A stretch of 64,000 nt of DNA from Amoebophrya sp. A120 (Eukaryota > Protista > Dinoflagellata), in assembly GCA_905178155.1 (NCBI GenBank), contig CAJINV010000003.1, positions 11,582,733 through 11,646,732 on the forward strand, in the 5' to 3' direction. How positions within the stretch are numbered: position 1 is the first letter of the stretch; the number at the start of each line of letters is the position of its first letter. The translations under genes were made by a program, and so were the position numbers. Positions 12,515 to 24,534 of this stretch are shown here, one piece after another. The notes under the pieces are model-generated. The model had not been told where the DNA came from. It saw only the letters and a list, made by a program, of their open reading frames with translations, and searched no databases.

Positions 12515-14776
12515 TCACCGACACTTCGCCTGGAGTCGCTTATTTCTCTCCGTCTCCTCGAGTAATCGCCGGATCAACTCTTCGTTTTCCGCCTTGGCCG
12601 TGTCCGCCGTCCGCCGAAGCTGTTCAATCCGCGTGTCGAAAATAAGATCTGCTTCCGCGGACTTGTGTCGGATGGTTTCTAGTTCTAGTCCCGTGATTTT
12701 GTTCTGCAACTCGATTTCCTTCCACTCGGTAATCAGCGTCTCCTTTTCCACGGCAAACTCCTGCTGCAGTTCCGTGTTCAGCAATTCCAGCCTTTTTACC
12801 TCGTACTTGATCTCGTCCAGCTGCTGTGACTTCTCATTTATCGCCACGGAAAAAGTATCGCCCAGCATGTATGACTACAACGTGCAGTAGCAGAGCCAAA
12901 GTCTCTATTCATTCTAGGAAGGGCAAGGGCTCTTGCTTCCTCTTCGAGAATATTCAGTGCGTGAAAGAAAAATCTGTCATGCAAAAAAAGTCATCGCCGT
13001 TCGATACTTGTCCTCCTCCAAGGGATATCATTTTCCTGCTTTTTCCGGGCCTCCAGCTTCAGCTTCGTTTCCTTTTTCAGCAAAACGCATTCTTCCTGTT
13101 TTATCAAATTTTGCTCGTCGAAATTCGTGTGTTTCTCCGATAATTCCTTGTCGTACCTGTCTAACCGCTCGAATTCCGCCCGGACCTTTTCGTACCGGAG
13201 CAGCAGTTTTTCCATGGCCTCGGTCTGGTCGTCCCGGATGCGCTTTATCTTTTCGAACTTCTCCGTTTCTTGCTTCAGTTTCTCCTCCTTTTCGTCCATT
13301 TTCTCCTTCAAAACGCCCAACTCGTAGGACGCTTCGTTCTGAAACCGCTTGTAGGCCAGCTGCTCCAGGTTAAGGAGATGTTTCATCTCCAAAAAGTCCG
13401 CCTCAATCTTGTTCTCGTACTCCTTCACACTGCAATCCCGCAGGACTAAAGGGGCGAGAAATTTCTCCGGCTGGTGCTTCGACTGTTGCGAGGATGCTGG
13501 TACTCCTGCGCCGGATCTGCCACCTGAAAGAGCTTTACTCTTGGCGCCTGAAGTAAGCTGCTGCTGTGCCCCCGTATTGTTGGACGAAAGTGTCGCGGTC
13601 ATAGCTTCCTGCAGCGATTTGGTGTGCGCCACCGCTGCGGTCAACAGTCTCGCATCTGCAGCTGAGGTCGATGAGCTCCTCTGGATTTTATTTGTCGTTC
13701 CTGTTGCACCACCAACGAGGGACGTAGATGTTGTGCCTCCGGCCGTGCCAGCCGCCAGACTGCTACTCGGCTTCGTGTTTTTTCCTGTCAATGCACCGCC
13801 ACTGGAAGATGATCCTGGCGGTCCCGTGGTTCTTGGTGGAAACGCAATTTTCTTTTTCGGGTTCATCTGCGTCGAATTCTCCCCTACTTTATTTTTCAGC
13901 AGCTTCATCCTTCTTCCTGCGAGTGCCGTCCCGGGCGTTGCGAGCTGGAGGTCGATAGTGTCGGCCCCAACCAGAGGTCGCGGACCATTCGGGTGGTCCG
14001 TCGCCGTTCCGTTCTTGTCAAGAACCTCGTGCTTGACCTGCTGCAACACCGCTTCCGCCTTCTCGCTGATTGCATTTTCGACCAGAGACAGGTTCAAGTT
14101 CAAAAACTCCTCCTCCTTGCCACTCGCGGACGGTGCACTGCCCACTTTCAACACCGCGCTTTCGGTCAACAACATCCCCCCGCCGCCCCCGGTGGTTGTG
14201 CCTCCTATCTCCGAGATTTGCAGCGTCCCGCCCAGGGCGCCCAGCCGCTGGCTTGTGGGGGTCTGGGCCGCGAAATCCGTCCCGGAGCCGCCGCCACCGC
14301 CGCCAGGAAGGATAATTTGGTTGATGGTCGTGGTGGAAAAGTCGGTTTGTAGGGGTGCCGGTGGGTCGAGCTCCTGGATCGTGCTGTAGTCGTTCATGCG
14401 GGTTAGGTTGTTGTGGTGCGCCCCGTATCAACTGTAAAAATGTCTGGGTCTGGAAACTTGTGATGCTGGTTGGCGTATCATGAGGCGGCCACAAGTGCTG
14501 GCTTAGCATGACAAGTTTCTGAGCTTCGAGGTGTTGCCTATTCTGCATGACAAACTACGTTTCTGCATGACAAAAAAAACGGGGCTCTTGGGTGACGTGC
14601 ATGACAGACTTTGGGGTCATGCTGGCAGAGCATGACAGACCTTCCATTCTTCCAGACCCAGACATTTTTACAATCCATACCCCGCTGGTGCAGAGAGACG
14701 CCGAGTACTGCTCATCCTCGGCATTGGACGAGGAAATCACGCGGTTCCAAGGCGTCTGCGGGTTAGAGGAAACCAT
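12515..14776 (-). CDS. Coiled-coil protein with low-complexity N-terminus; 3' exons beyond 12515 not resolved
   Basis: MVSSNPQ...CTSG|AHHNNLTRMNDY... and ...KQENE|KSQQLDE join in frame after removing two introners. E/K-rich heptads are present. A GT donor (gtgag) lies at about 12518. Confidence 0.7.
12839..13027. mobile_element. Introner (D/E-like TIR)
   Basis: tatcgccacggaaaaagtatcg ... cgatacttgtcctcctccaagggata; direct repeat tcatt; frame restored. Confidence 0.75.
14426..14679. mobile_element. Introner family A
   Basis: TIR tatcaactgtaaaaatgtctgggtctggaa / ttccagacccagacatttttacaatccata; direct repeat ccccg. Confidence 0.9.
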
Positions 14777-15362
14777 ATTGTGATAAAAATTGTCCTGAGA
14801 ATTTACTATGCTCCTCCAGCGCCTGGTGGTGAGTGCAACAAACTTATTCGCTTCGAATGATATCAGTGTGGGCTAGCAGACAGTGAAACGACCTCTTCGC
14901 CGACGTCGACGTCGTCGTCCTTCTTCATGTCGTATAACATCGCACACTACTCAAAGCAGCGTCTGCGAAATTCATGCAGCTGGTAGTGTGTAAATACAAG
15001 CACTCGTAATTTCAATTAAGTAAAGGTAGAACTCTTTCAACATAGACGCCCGCGGCAGAATGCAATGTTGACAAAAAGACTGTACGGAAGATGAGCCTTA
15101 CGGTACAAGATTTTGGTTCTCCATCTCCAAGCTCAAAGAAAACGAATCATGGCTAGTTATCATCCGCTAGTACAGGCTTTGTTACATACTTCTCTTCTGG
15201 CTGCTTGAGTGCAGGCAGCAACAGGAAGGAACTGCAGACGCCGCATCTCTCTCTCTCTCACTCAACACTGTGTGCAAGAAGATAACTTTTAGACACCATG
15301 GAAAAGTGAGCGGACCACGAGGAACAGACAAAAACGAACGTCATGGACATAGAACCGCACTC

Positions 15363-16131
15363 ACTGCCTCCATGACAGGAAACCGCGTGCTATTGAGGCA
15401 CGCATCCCGAGAAACCACTAAGATTTCTTACTGACAAAGCGTAAAAACAAAGGCTTCCGTTTTCCAGTATCGGAATCACCGGCACGTCACACCACGTAGT
15501 AGAGCAGGAGCAATTATTGCACCCAGAGAGCAGTTTCGGATTTCAATGCAAAACCATACGCGAATTAGATTGCGGTCCCTGCATACGACCAAGCACAGTA
15601 GACACGACCTCCACCCTGCTCGCTAACAACGTGGAGTTTTAGCAAATCAAAAAGCTAAGGCCACGCCACCAAGTCGTTGTCCAATTCCATCGCACGGAAA
15701 TCGAACTTTATCCTGGCTGGTGTCTTCACAACAGAGGTCGTGCGACTCCTGTCCACGTGGTCACAACAGCAGTTGTTTAGTGTAGCTGCTGGTGCCGTTC
15801 TTCTTCTTGCGTGCAGATCTTCTCTTGTGGTACTTCGAGCAAGTTTCAATTCTACCCTTGCCTTTGCTCGTCAGAAGTATTTGTGAAAAGCTGCAAAAAT
15901 GCCGTTGCAGTACGTAAGTGAATTCAGGTCGATATTTCAATTCTCGTCGCGGGGTAAGTAGTAAGTACTTTTTGAATTTGATTCAGCCTCAATTTTGTTC
16001 TCGTACTCCTTCACACTGCAATCCCGCAGGACTAAAGGGGCAAGAAATTTCTCCGGCTGGTGGTGCTTCGACTGTTGCGAGGATGCTGGTACACCTGCGC
16101 CGGCTCTGCCGCCTGACGAAGCTTTACTCTT
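15363..16131 (+). repeat. Mosaic duplication of three nearby segments
   Basis: 15363-15712 resembles 16132-16491; 15716-15989 resembles 10766-11039; 15986-16131 resembles 13400-13542. Confidence 0.85.
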
Positions 16132-16433
16132 ACTGCCTCCATGGCAGGAAACCGCGTGCTATTGAGGCACGCATCCAGAGAAACCACTAAAATTTCTTAT
16201 TCTTACAACTGACAGAGCGTAGAAACAAGGGCTTCCGTTTTCCAGTATCGCAATCACCGGCATGTCACACCACGTGGGAGAACAGGAGCAACTGCATCCA
16301 GACAGCAGTTTCGGATTTCAATGCAAAACCAAACGCGAAGATTGCAGCTCCTGCAGAAAAAGCACAGCAGATGACACCACCAGGACCAGCCACCACCAAC
16401 ACCAACGTGAATATCAAGAAAGTCACGAAGGTT

Positions 16434-19400
16434 CTAAGGCCACGCCACCAAGTCGTTGTCCAATTCCATTGCACGGAAATCGAACTTTATCTTGTGATAC
16501 TTCTCCATCTCTTCCTCATCGTTTTTGTTCAACCACGGATGCAAACTGCCCATCGTCGGGATGCGGGGAAGGAAAGATAAAGAAGACGATTTGTGCCCAT
16601 CTTCCCGTTCACTTTCAGTGTTTGAAACTGCTGGTTCTTTCTGTTGCTGTTCCTCCAGCACACTTTGGTTCTCCTCGTCCGCTCCCGTTTCGAAATTCTT
16701 CCACACCCAGCCCGCACAGGACGTGAACAGCCGACAGATGGAATCTCTTTTTGTTCCAGACGTTGGTCCTCGTGAGGGACGACTCGGACTACCATTGGGG
16801 GTATTTCTACCAGCATGACCCGCATCGTTCTCATCGGATGAAACGTCGACCATCGCCACGTCAAAACAACGGCATCCGGCAGCGAGGTTTTGAAAGCACT
16901 TTTTCGCGCACAGGATGTAATCCCGGTCGTTCTGTACTTTAATACTGTGTTTGCGGGACGATGGAGTTGCACCTAGACCTTCTTCCTCTACCGCGTCATG
17001 AAACAAGCCGGTTCTTGCAGGGAAATGCGAGTCCAAAGCGGTCCAGAACTCATTTTCTGAGGATTCAATATTTTGCGCAGTTTGGCTTTGGGCCTCCTCG
17101 ACGGCCAGTTGTTTCGAGAACCTCGTATCCCACTGAACGTGCTGGTAGTGAATCGCGGTCCAGACGCCCAACCCCAGCGCTTTCAGCAGATCGGCCTGCC
17201 AGGTGACGAACTCCTGGGACTCGACGCTTTTTTCGTCCGAGTAGTCTTCCAGAGAGGAGTATCAAATGTAAAAATGTCTGGGTCTGGAAGATTGCAACTT
17301 GTCATGCTGTCTTTGGAAGGTAAAAAAAATCTGTATTGCATGACCAGCATGAGGAGTTCAGCTTGTGCTACAACGCGGAGCGCGCGTTTCTCATGGGGAA
17401 TACGCATCAGAAGGCCCATTAAAAATCTGTGATGGTCGGCCGGGCATTACAGACATCATGGGTTATGCAAAATATACATGACAAACCTGGCAATCTTCCA
17501 GACCCAGACATTTTTACACTTGATAAGGAGAACTTCGCGACATCGTAGCCGTGCTTGTATTGTAGCAAGTCGACGATGGCGCCCCCGACGGAGGCAGATC
17601 TCCGATGAACATCCAGGTGATCTGGCTTTTTTAAAATGTTCTGGTCCTCTTTCTTCAGAGCAACATGAAGGTGGCCGTCGTGCTCAGCAGGACCAACAAC
17701 ATTGGTGTGTGTTTCTGCTGGTGTAGGTTCTTGATCTTCTTGGCCCGCGGCTTCCAAAATTGGTGGATACACCGTCCGCGCAATCGCAGAATCCAACTCG
17801 ACAACAACCAGTGGGCGATGGGTTTTTAATATCTTCTCCGCAGACTTCAACACCTTCAACGCGTGCCCCTCTGTGTCGATTTTGATCAGGCAGACAGAGG
17901 GACGTCGAGAGTCTGCATCTGCGTCTGGTGTCTTATCGTTGGCATTCTTTTTCGAATTTGAACGGCCAACGTATTCCTCGAAGATCTCGTCCAAGGATCT
18001 CACCGCAACGGGTATTTTCCTCCTGACCTCCGTCGGCGCCACCTTGTTATCGGACAACACGGACTGCAAGTAGTCCACTTCTCGACTGTTCTTGGCCTGC
18101 TCGTCGCTGTAGATTGCGCTCTGCCCGGTTTCCTCGGGACGCTCGTACAGGTAGGCAATGTTTCTTCTCTCGGAGGAAACCATGTCGGTGCCGTCCTCAG
18201 AAAAAGTTCTTGCTGACGTTGATTCTTCTTCTACATCGCCAATCGCCGCAGGGACAACTGTGATGCGACCATGAGCTGCCGCGTGATGACCGGGTCGACG
18301 TGCTCCTTCTCCTCCTTCATCACTAGTATTTGTGTATTGAAATTGATGACCATTTGTTCTGCGATCTTTGTAAGAGAAGTCTCCTATCGACCCCAGCAAG
18401 TTCCCGACGTTCTCCGGATGCGGCTCGACGGCTAGCACGTTGTAACCCAGTGCGTTTGCAAGATACAAACTGTACCCGCCGACATTCGCCCCGACGTCGA
18501 TAATGGTGTTGCAGGAGGATGATGGCTCACTCGTCTTCGTAGTTCTTCCAGTTGTATGATTCTTAAACTCGGTCAGCAACTTTTTAAAATTGCTGCTTCC
18601 TGACAAATATGCATTGCAAAAATGTCTGGGTCTGGAAGATTTCTAGACTTGTCATGCAGGTTTTGCATGAGTCTTGATGTATGTCATGCGTGCCCTAGAA
18701 TCACAGATTTTCTGAGGGCTTCTTGATGCCTATTCCGCATGACAAATGCCATCTCCGCGTAGCAAAAATCGCACTCCCTTTACTGCTCATGCAATACAGA
18801 TTTTTTTGCAATCCAAATGCAGCATCACAAGTTCCAATCTTCCAGACCCAGACACTTTTACATTTGATAACAAATACCCCTTCGCGCGGAACCCGCCGTT
18901 TTGCAGTTCGAAGTCTAGTATCAATTGTAAAAATGTCTGGGTCTGGAAGAGTCCGAACTTGTGCTGCTGCATTTGGATTCCAAAAAAATCTGTATTGCAT
19001 GACCAGCAAAGGGAATGCAATTTTGGCTACGCGAAGAGGGCATTTGTCATGCGGAATAGGTATCGCGAAGCCCTCAAAATGTCTGCGATGTTAGGGCATG
19101 CATCACAGACATCATGGCCCATGCAAAACGTGCATGACAAGTCTCAGAATCTTCCAGACCTAGACATTTTTACATTTGATATCCAGTCGTTGGTCGCTGG
19201 CGCACTGGAGGTACTGCTCGGCCGGCCGTTCCACGATGCCCCGCACTTTCACCGCAGAGGAGTTCTCGGGGCACGTGGAGTGGGAGAAGAGCAGAAGCTG
19301 GATCTCGTGCAACGTGTAGACGAACAGCGTGAAGAGAAACTCGGTGGGGGTGTAGGAGGAGGTGCTGATGTGGGCTTGCTGAGTCATGATTTTCGGAGTT

Positions 19401-22400
19401 GTTCGCTGCCTGCTTCTCGCCCTCGTTTCCTCCGATGTAGCTGCAGCAGCTTTTGATCGTGCTTGTTCTGCATCACCGTGGTCAGGATCATCTGCATCAG
19501 CATGCTGACTCTGCATGACAAACTCTCCCACGACGTCGTCATCCGGCAGAAGAGAGAAAAACCGGAACTCCTCCTCGCTGCCGCCACGCGCAGCCGGCTG
19601 GAGCACCGCCTCGTCTCTGGCAACGAGACACTGCAGGGTCTTCTCGAGAAGCAGAGAAAGTTCCTCCGGGACAGCAGTTTTTGAAGAAAAAGGACTAGTA
19701 CCGGAGAGCAGTTCATCATCTCCAAAGTTTACATTCCTTCTGCCCGCTCGTCGCAGCTCCGGAAACCGTTTCAGGTACGCGATGTAGAGGAACAAATCCT
19801 TCATTCCGCAATATTCCCGCGCGTCGGAAAAGTAGACAACGGAGCTGCGGCCGGCGAAAATAGAAGTTGTATCCGGAGATTTATTATTCTCTGCTTGCTC
19901 TACTTCGTCCTGCTTCCGTTGTTCCGCTCGTCTTACTCGCGCCGCGTGTGCCAGCCGCCTCCGGGTCACTCGCTGGATCAGAAGTTGGTCTTCGTGATCA
20001 TCTGCGCTCCCGGGGTGATCTTCCAGAACTTCGCGTTCCCTACTTCGCTTTAGATTTCTACCGCCATGATCCTCTCCGCCCCTTTCCCTCCTGAGCAGCA
20101 GCTTCCGCTCTACCACCTCTGCAACTTCCAGATCCGAAAACCGCTCTGGCGAATTCTTCGACGTCGACGAGTCGTAAACTTTCAACATCTCTTTCAACTT
20201 CGAAAGAAAGTCTTCCGCTTTCCGCCGGTGAATAGCCTTTACCCGTTTTTGCACCTCTTTCGCAGCCTGCTCGATATGATCTGCGGCTCCTTGCGAGGTA
20301 GAAGATGGAACTACTTCTGACTTATCGGTTTTTTCCTTTTCGTCCTTTTCTTGGTTCTCGAGGTCCTCGTCCAGGTCCACTCGCGCGACTTCATACGCCG
20401 CATCAATCACGGACCCGAGGTAGTTGTTATACCCACAATGGTAGCCGTCGAGGGCGGGAAGCAGTTCCGCTAAAGATCCATTCTCTTCGAGCAAGGGATG
20501 AAGAACAACAGGCGGGTTGAAATGCAAATGATTTATTTCAACATTATTGCCACTGTCGCTGCCTGGGCTCATCTCGGTGCCGTCTGCCTCAAACAGCATA
20601 TTTCCACGTTCAGCAACGTGATCAAAATACTGGATTTTTTCGCTACTTCTTTCCATCCTCCGCACGGCCTCCTCTAAAACGCTGATGATCTGAAATCTAT
20701 GGGAGTGTCAGGATTGAAATCGTCAAAGTTGAAATGATTTGTCATGCTAAACCGACCGAAACCACTACACAACCTGTAAGGGCACCTCACCGCAGATGGT
20801 TCGGCCACCAGGTCGTGGAGTCAGGCGGACCGAAGCCATCACCATCATCCTCGGGCACATGATCCCACTTACGCCAACTTTTCCTTACTTTCGCACACAG
20901 TCCTCACTTCGCCAATTTTTTTTTCAGGCTCCCGCACCCCCTCGGGCTAGTAGGTACGTGGTCCCAACATGCGTTTAACGTTCGCCAACGGTCCTTACTT
21001 TGCGCCAACAAACCATACTTTTCGCCATGTCATGCATAAAATGCTATACAAAAAGTGGCTCTATTGCAGAGGACGCACGGGAGGCAGATTATAGTCCTGC
21101 TAAGGGTCAAAAGTTGGACTGCTGACTAGCATGACAGAAGGCAGCTCATTTGCCCTAAACCGCATGACAGACTCGCTTCCAGGACCGGGAAAATTTGTCA
21201 TGCACCGACTACAAACTGTAGGTCTAACTGGTATCCGTTTTATGCATGACAAACTATTTCTACTTTGACGATTTCAAACCTGACGCTTCCATAAAATCTC
21301 CCAACGTTGTACAAGGCCGCCCCGAACAGCGGCCAGGTCGATTGCAAAATGGAGGTTACGACGGACAGAAGGCAGTCGGCGTAGAAAGATTTGTAGAAGA
21401 AGTGCTTTTTATTTTTGTGTCGAAAAACTCGATGATGGTGTTCGCGTGGTGATTCATCGTTAATATCCCGCTCAGCTCTCCTCGCCTGCTCGTTGATCAA
21501 CCCTTGGTCTACTTCCGCGTCGAAATCAACATCTTCGTCCACTTCATCTTCGTCGTAGTACGCGTGGTCTTGTCCGGATTCCAGGAAGGAAAACAGCAAG
21601 TTAATCTCTTCCGCCCCGACGGCGGGGTAATTCGCGGCGAATTGGTTCATGGCCGCATCCCACTGCTCCTGGTTCTGCAGCCGCGGCACGTCGTGCAGCA
21701 ATCGTCGGAGGAAACTGCTGGTGAACATGGGAGAGGAAGACCTTTTACTTGCGCTTCCACTACTAGTTGCGTCATCGGCCTGCTGCTGTGCTCGTTGTCC
21801 CTCCCTCCCGGCGTGGTTCAGCTGCTCCAACAGGACGTCCAGATATCTCCCACTCCCCTGTCTCGCTCTTCCCCCGTCAAACGAATTCACCCGTTCCAAA
21901 AAATTGCACTTCCCGAAAAATCCCGCGCGGGCCAGACTCCGGTCGACTTCGCGCAGATAGGAACGGAGCGGGCGGACCCGGAGGGGAGCGACGGCCAGGT
22001 GGAAAGAAGGACGAAGGGATAGCTGCTCTTGCGGAGAAGCAGTAGTGGCAGCAGCACGTTGAAGATCACGGTCATCTGGTGGAGCCTGATCGGTCAACCT
22101 AAAGCTATTCCCCTTCGACATGAAAAACAGCAGTCGAAAGTTTGCCAGGTCGTCGTAAGCTTGGCCGGCCATGAGATTAAATGTGACTTCGCCGACCCAG
22201 CAGGTTATGGAAGGGCAAATATGGTTTCATCCAGAGAAAGTTGTAGCACTTATTGTAGATGTGCCTTCTTTCATGACCACCCACTGGCTGCCATACGCCC
22301 CGGCTTCAACCATGCCAGGAAACAGGAAAAGCAAGCAAAAAATTTCTTGTCTTTATGATTTCTTCCTTGAAAAGCCATCGCAAACAATACTGCACTTCGC

Positions 22401-23457
22401 GACCCGGTGGACTCACAGTTTGCCTACATGTCTAACAAATCACGCTGTCATCCGCTTCCGCCCGTGCGCTCCACGACTGGTCGTCAAATTTCTCATCGAC
22501 TGTCCTCCGCTTGAGCTGCAAAAGCGACCCGGACTCGGACAGACGGCGCAATAAGGTTGAAGACTTTTTTCTACCGCTCATGCTGTAGTTTTCCACTAGT
22601 CGCACTGGTTCTCTCACCAAGTCGTGATTCTCGAGCAAGTCGCGGATAAGAATTCCATTTTCACTGCTAGAAGCACCTTCATCCGCGGCGTCAGCAATTA
22701 CCGCAACCTGTTTCCCAAGTTTCAACCTTCCACCCGAATACGAATCTGCTCCGCTCAAATGGAAAAATAACTCGTCGGCCACATTTCCAATCTCGTGCAC
22801 TGCTTTCCTGGCCAGCCTGGTTTTCGCTCGCCACGCGTACCACGCCGTTTGCACTTCGTCTGGAAAGTACTGGGGGGTAAAGGCCAAGGGTTTTTCCCCC
22901 GAGTCCTCCACCCCCATGAAGCCGTCGGTCAGAACCCCCTTGTCGCGGAACCTCCGGTATTTGTCGACGTGAAACCGGTACTTCTGCTGTAGCAACCGAA
23001 TCCCGTGCTCCCGCATCCGAAAAATGATCGGCGAGTCTTTCGCGCAGAAATCGGAATGGTCCACGACTTGGTAGTTAAGAGCTTGTTGTGAAGAGGCGGA
23101 GTCCTCGTCGGGTGGTTGCGGCGGAAGCAGCCCAAGTTCTTCCGCCTTTCGGTAATGATCCCAACTGACCGCACGGCGCACGCCCCGGAGCAGCTCCTTC
23201 GTGTAGGCGGATAGGGGTTTTGGAGGTTCCTCTTTCGGGTTCGATCCATCCACTCCTCCATCGGCTGTAAGAACTGTTGCGGCCGCTTCGTTTGAGATTT
23301 TTACGAACGAATCGTCTTCAATTAGCGTGCCTGTAGTTGTTCCTGGTGCTTGAAGGAAGACGCTAGTAGAGAGCAGCAGGGGCGGGAAGACGGAGCCGGA
23401 CGCAACTGGAAATATAATTCTGCACAAGGTGCAAAACACCGAGCTACTCCACATCAT
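16434..23457 (-). CDS. Large protein with a C-terminal FkbM-family (Methyltransf_21) SAM methyltransferase domain, six exons
   Basis: Motifs IIDVGANVGGYSL..VLAVEPHPEN, SLDEI and LIKIDTEGHALKVLKSAEKILKTHRPLVVVE. Five introners removed give the in-frame joins DSVIC|WVGEV, VGRF|QIISV, QRLD|FELQ, KGYL|SGSS and AKFS|SLEDY. The N-terminus is hydrophobic; the start codon is uncertain. Confidence 0.8.
17260..17525. mobile_element. Introner family A
   Basis: About 31-bp TIR; perfect direct repeat aggag. Confidence 0.92.
18608..18869. mobile_element. Introner family A, interior inverted relative to the copies at 17260 and 18919
   Basis: TIRs present; direct repeat acaaa. Confidence 0.92.
18919..19181. 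mobile_element. Introner family A
   Basis: TIRs present; direct repeat tctag/tccag. Confidence 0.9.
20698..21293. mobile_element. Introner family B, long copy
   Basis: TIR tatgggagtgtcaggattgaaatcgtcaaagt / actttgacgatttcaaacctgacgcttccata; direct repeat aaatc. Confidence 0.88.
22206..22435. mobile_element. Highly degenerate introner
   Basis: Starts tatggaagggcaaatatg; the right TIR is weak; flanks caggt/caaat; removal plus 5 nt restores frame. Confidence 0.5.
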
Positions 23458-24534
23458 CTTTCTAGCCGATAAATGCGGACGCCTCGACTCTTCATCAACG
23501 GGAGATGATAAGTACAAACTGTGTACTGGATCACGAAGAAGTGCAGGCTGCCGTACTATTGCTAGCAAAATTTTTACATTTCTCCATAGCAACATTTGAA
23601 CTCCCCTCCGTCATTGCCATCCTACGGAGTAGCAGAAGCATCAGGCTCGAAAAATACTTCTGCGTAGACAATGTCGCCATCGTAGTCGGACGTGATCTCC
23701 TTTTTCTGTCGGTGTCAGCGTGTGGAAGATCTGGTAGATCTGCACTTCTAGCAGCATCTACGCCACCAGATCGGCTGGCAGCCCCAGCCGCTGGTGTCTT
23801 CCTGCATTTTCTTCGCTTCTGTTATTCTCGGTACCAAGCACCAAAGAAATATCTCCGATCCTGTTGTTCCCGCGGTCGCGCCGGAAGAAAACATGGAAAC
23901 AAACAAGACGTGTACAGATGTGAATTCGACTATCTATGTACAACTACTTCATCGAGCAAACAAGCTTATAAGCTTTGACCAGACGAGAAGAGCATGTGCC
24001 TTGGCAATCTTCCAATCTGGCTCTGCTTCGATATTTTCAGTGATCCACTTTCTGAACGATCTTTTTGCTGATGGTTTTGTCGGCTCTAGTCTAGAGTTAT
24101 CCAAACGAACCGGAACCGGATCTGACCACTCTTCTTGTTGCCTCGTTGTCGTTACGTGATCAGAATGAGGATCGACTATAATGGTCAACCTTCAGATTCA
24201 GATTATTAATTTTGTGACATCGTCAATACCCACGCTTTCGGATCGAACTTTCAGAAAGACCACGAAACTCTGCTCCTTGCTTTGGGGCAAGTAAGAACAT
24301 AGTTGGCGGCAAAAAAGTCGGGACGAAAAAACTCCGCGCACCTTCGTTGTTTTCCGGTTCATAGGTCGTATGATCAAACCATGATCATTCCTTGAGCGGA
24401 GGGCCATGCTAAGTACAATCACATATCTTTTTATGGTTTATTCAACAATCCTACATTAGACATTCTCCATATCCTATTCCTCATTCGGTGGAAGTTTGTA
24501 CAAAAGTGGAGGGCACTGCAATCATCGCGAGGCT

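Noticed and set aside
16434-23457. Pseudogene fragments caused by transposon disruption
   Set aside because: All five junctions rejoin in frame with no stops, and the methyltransferase motifs are intact.
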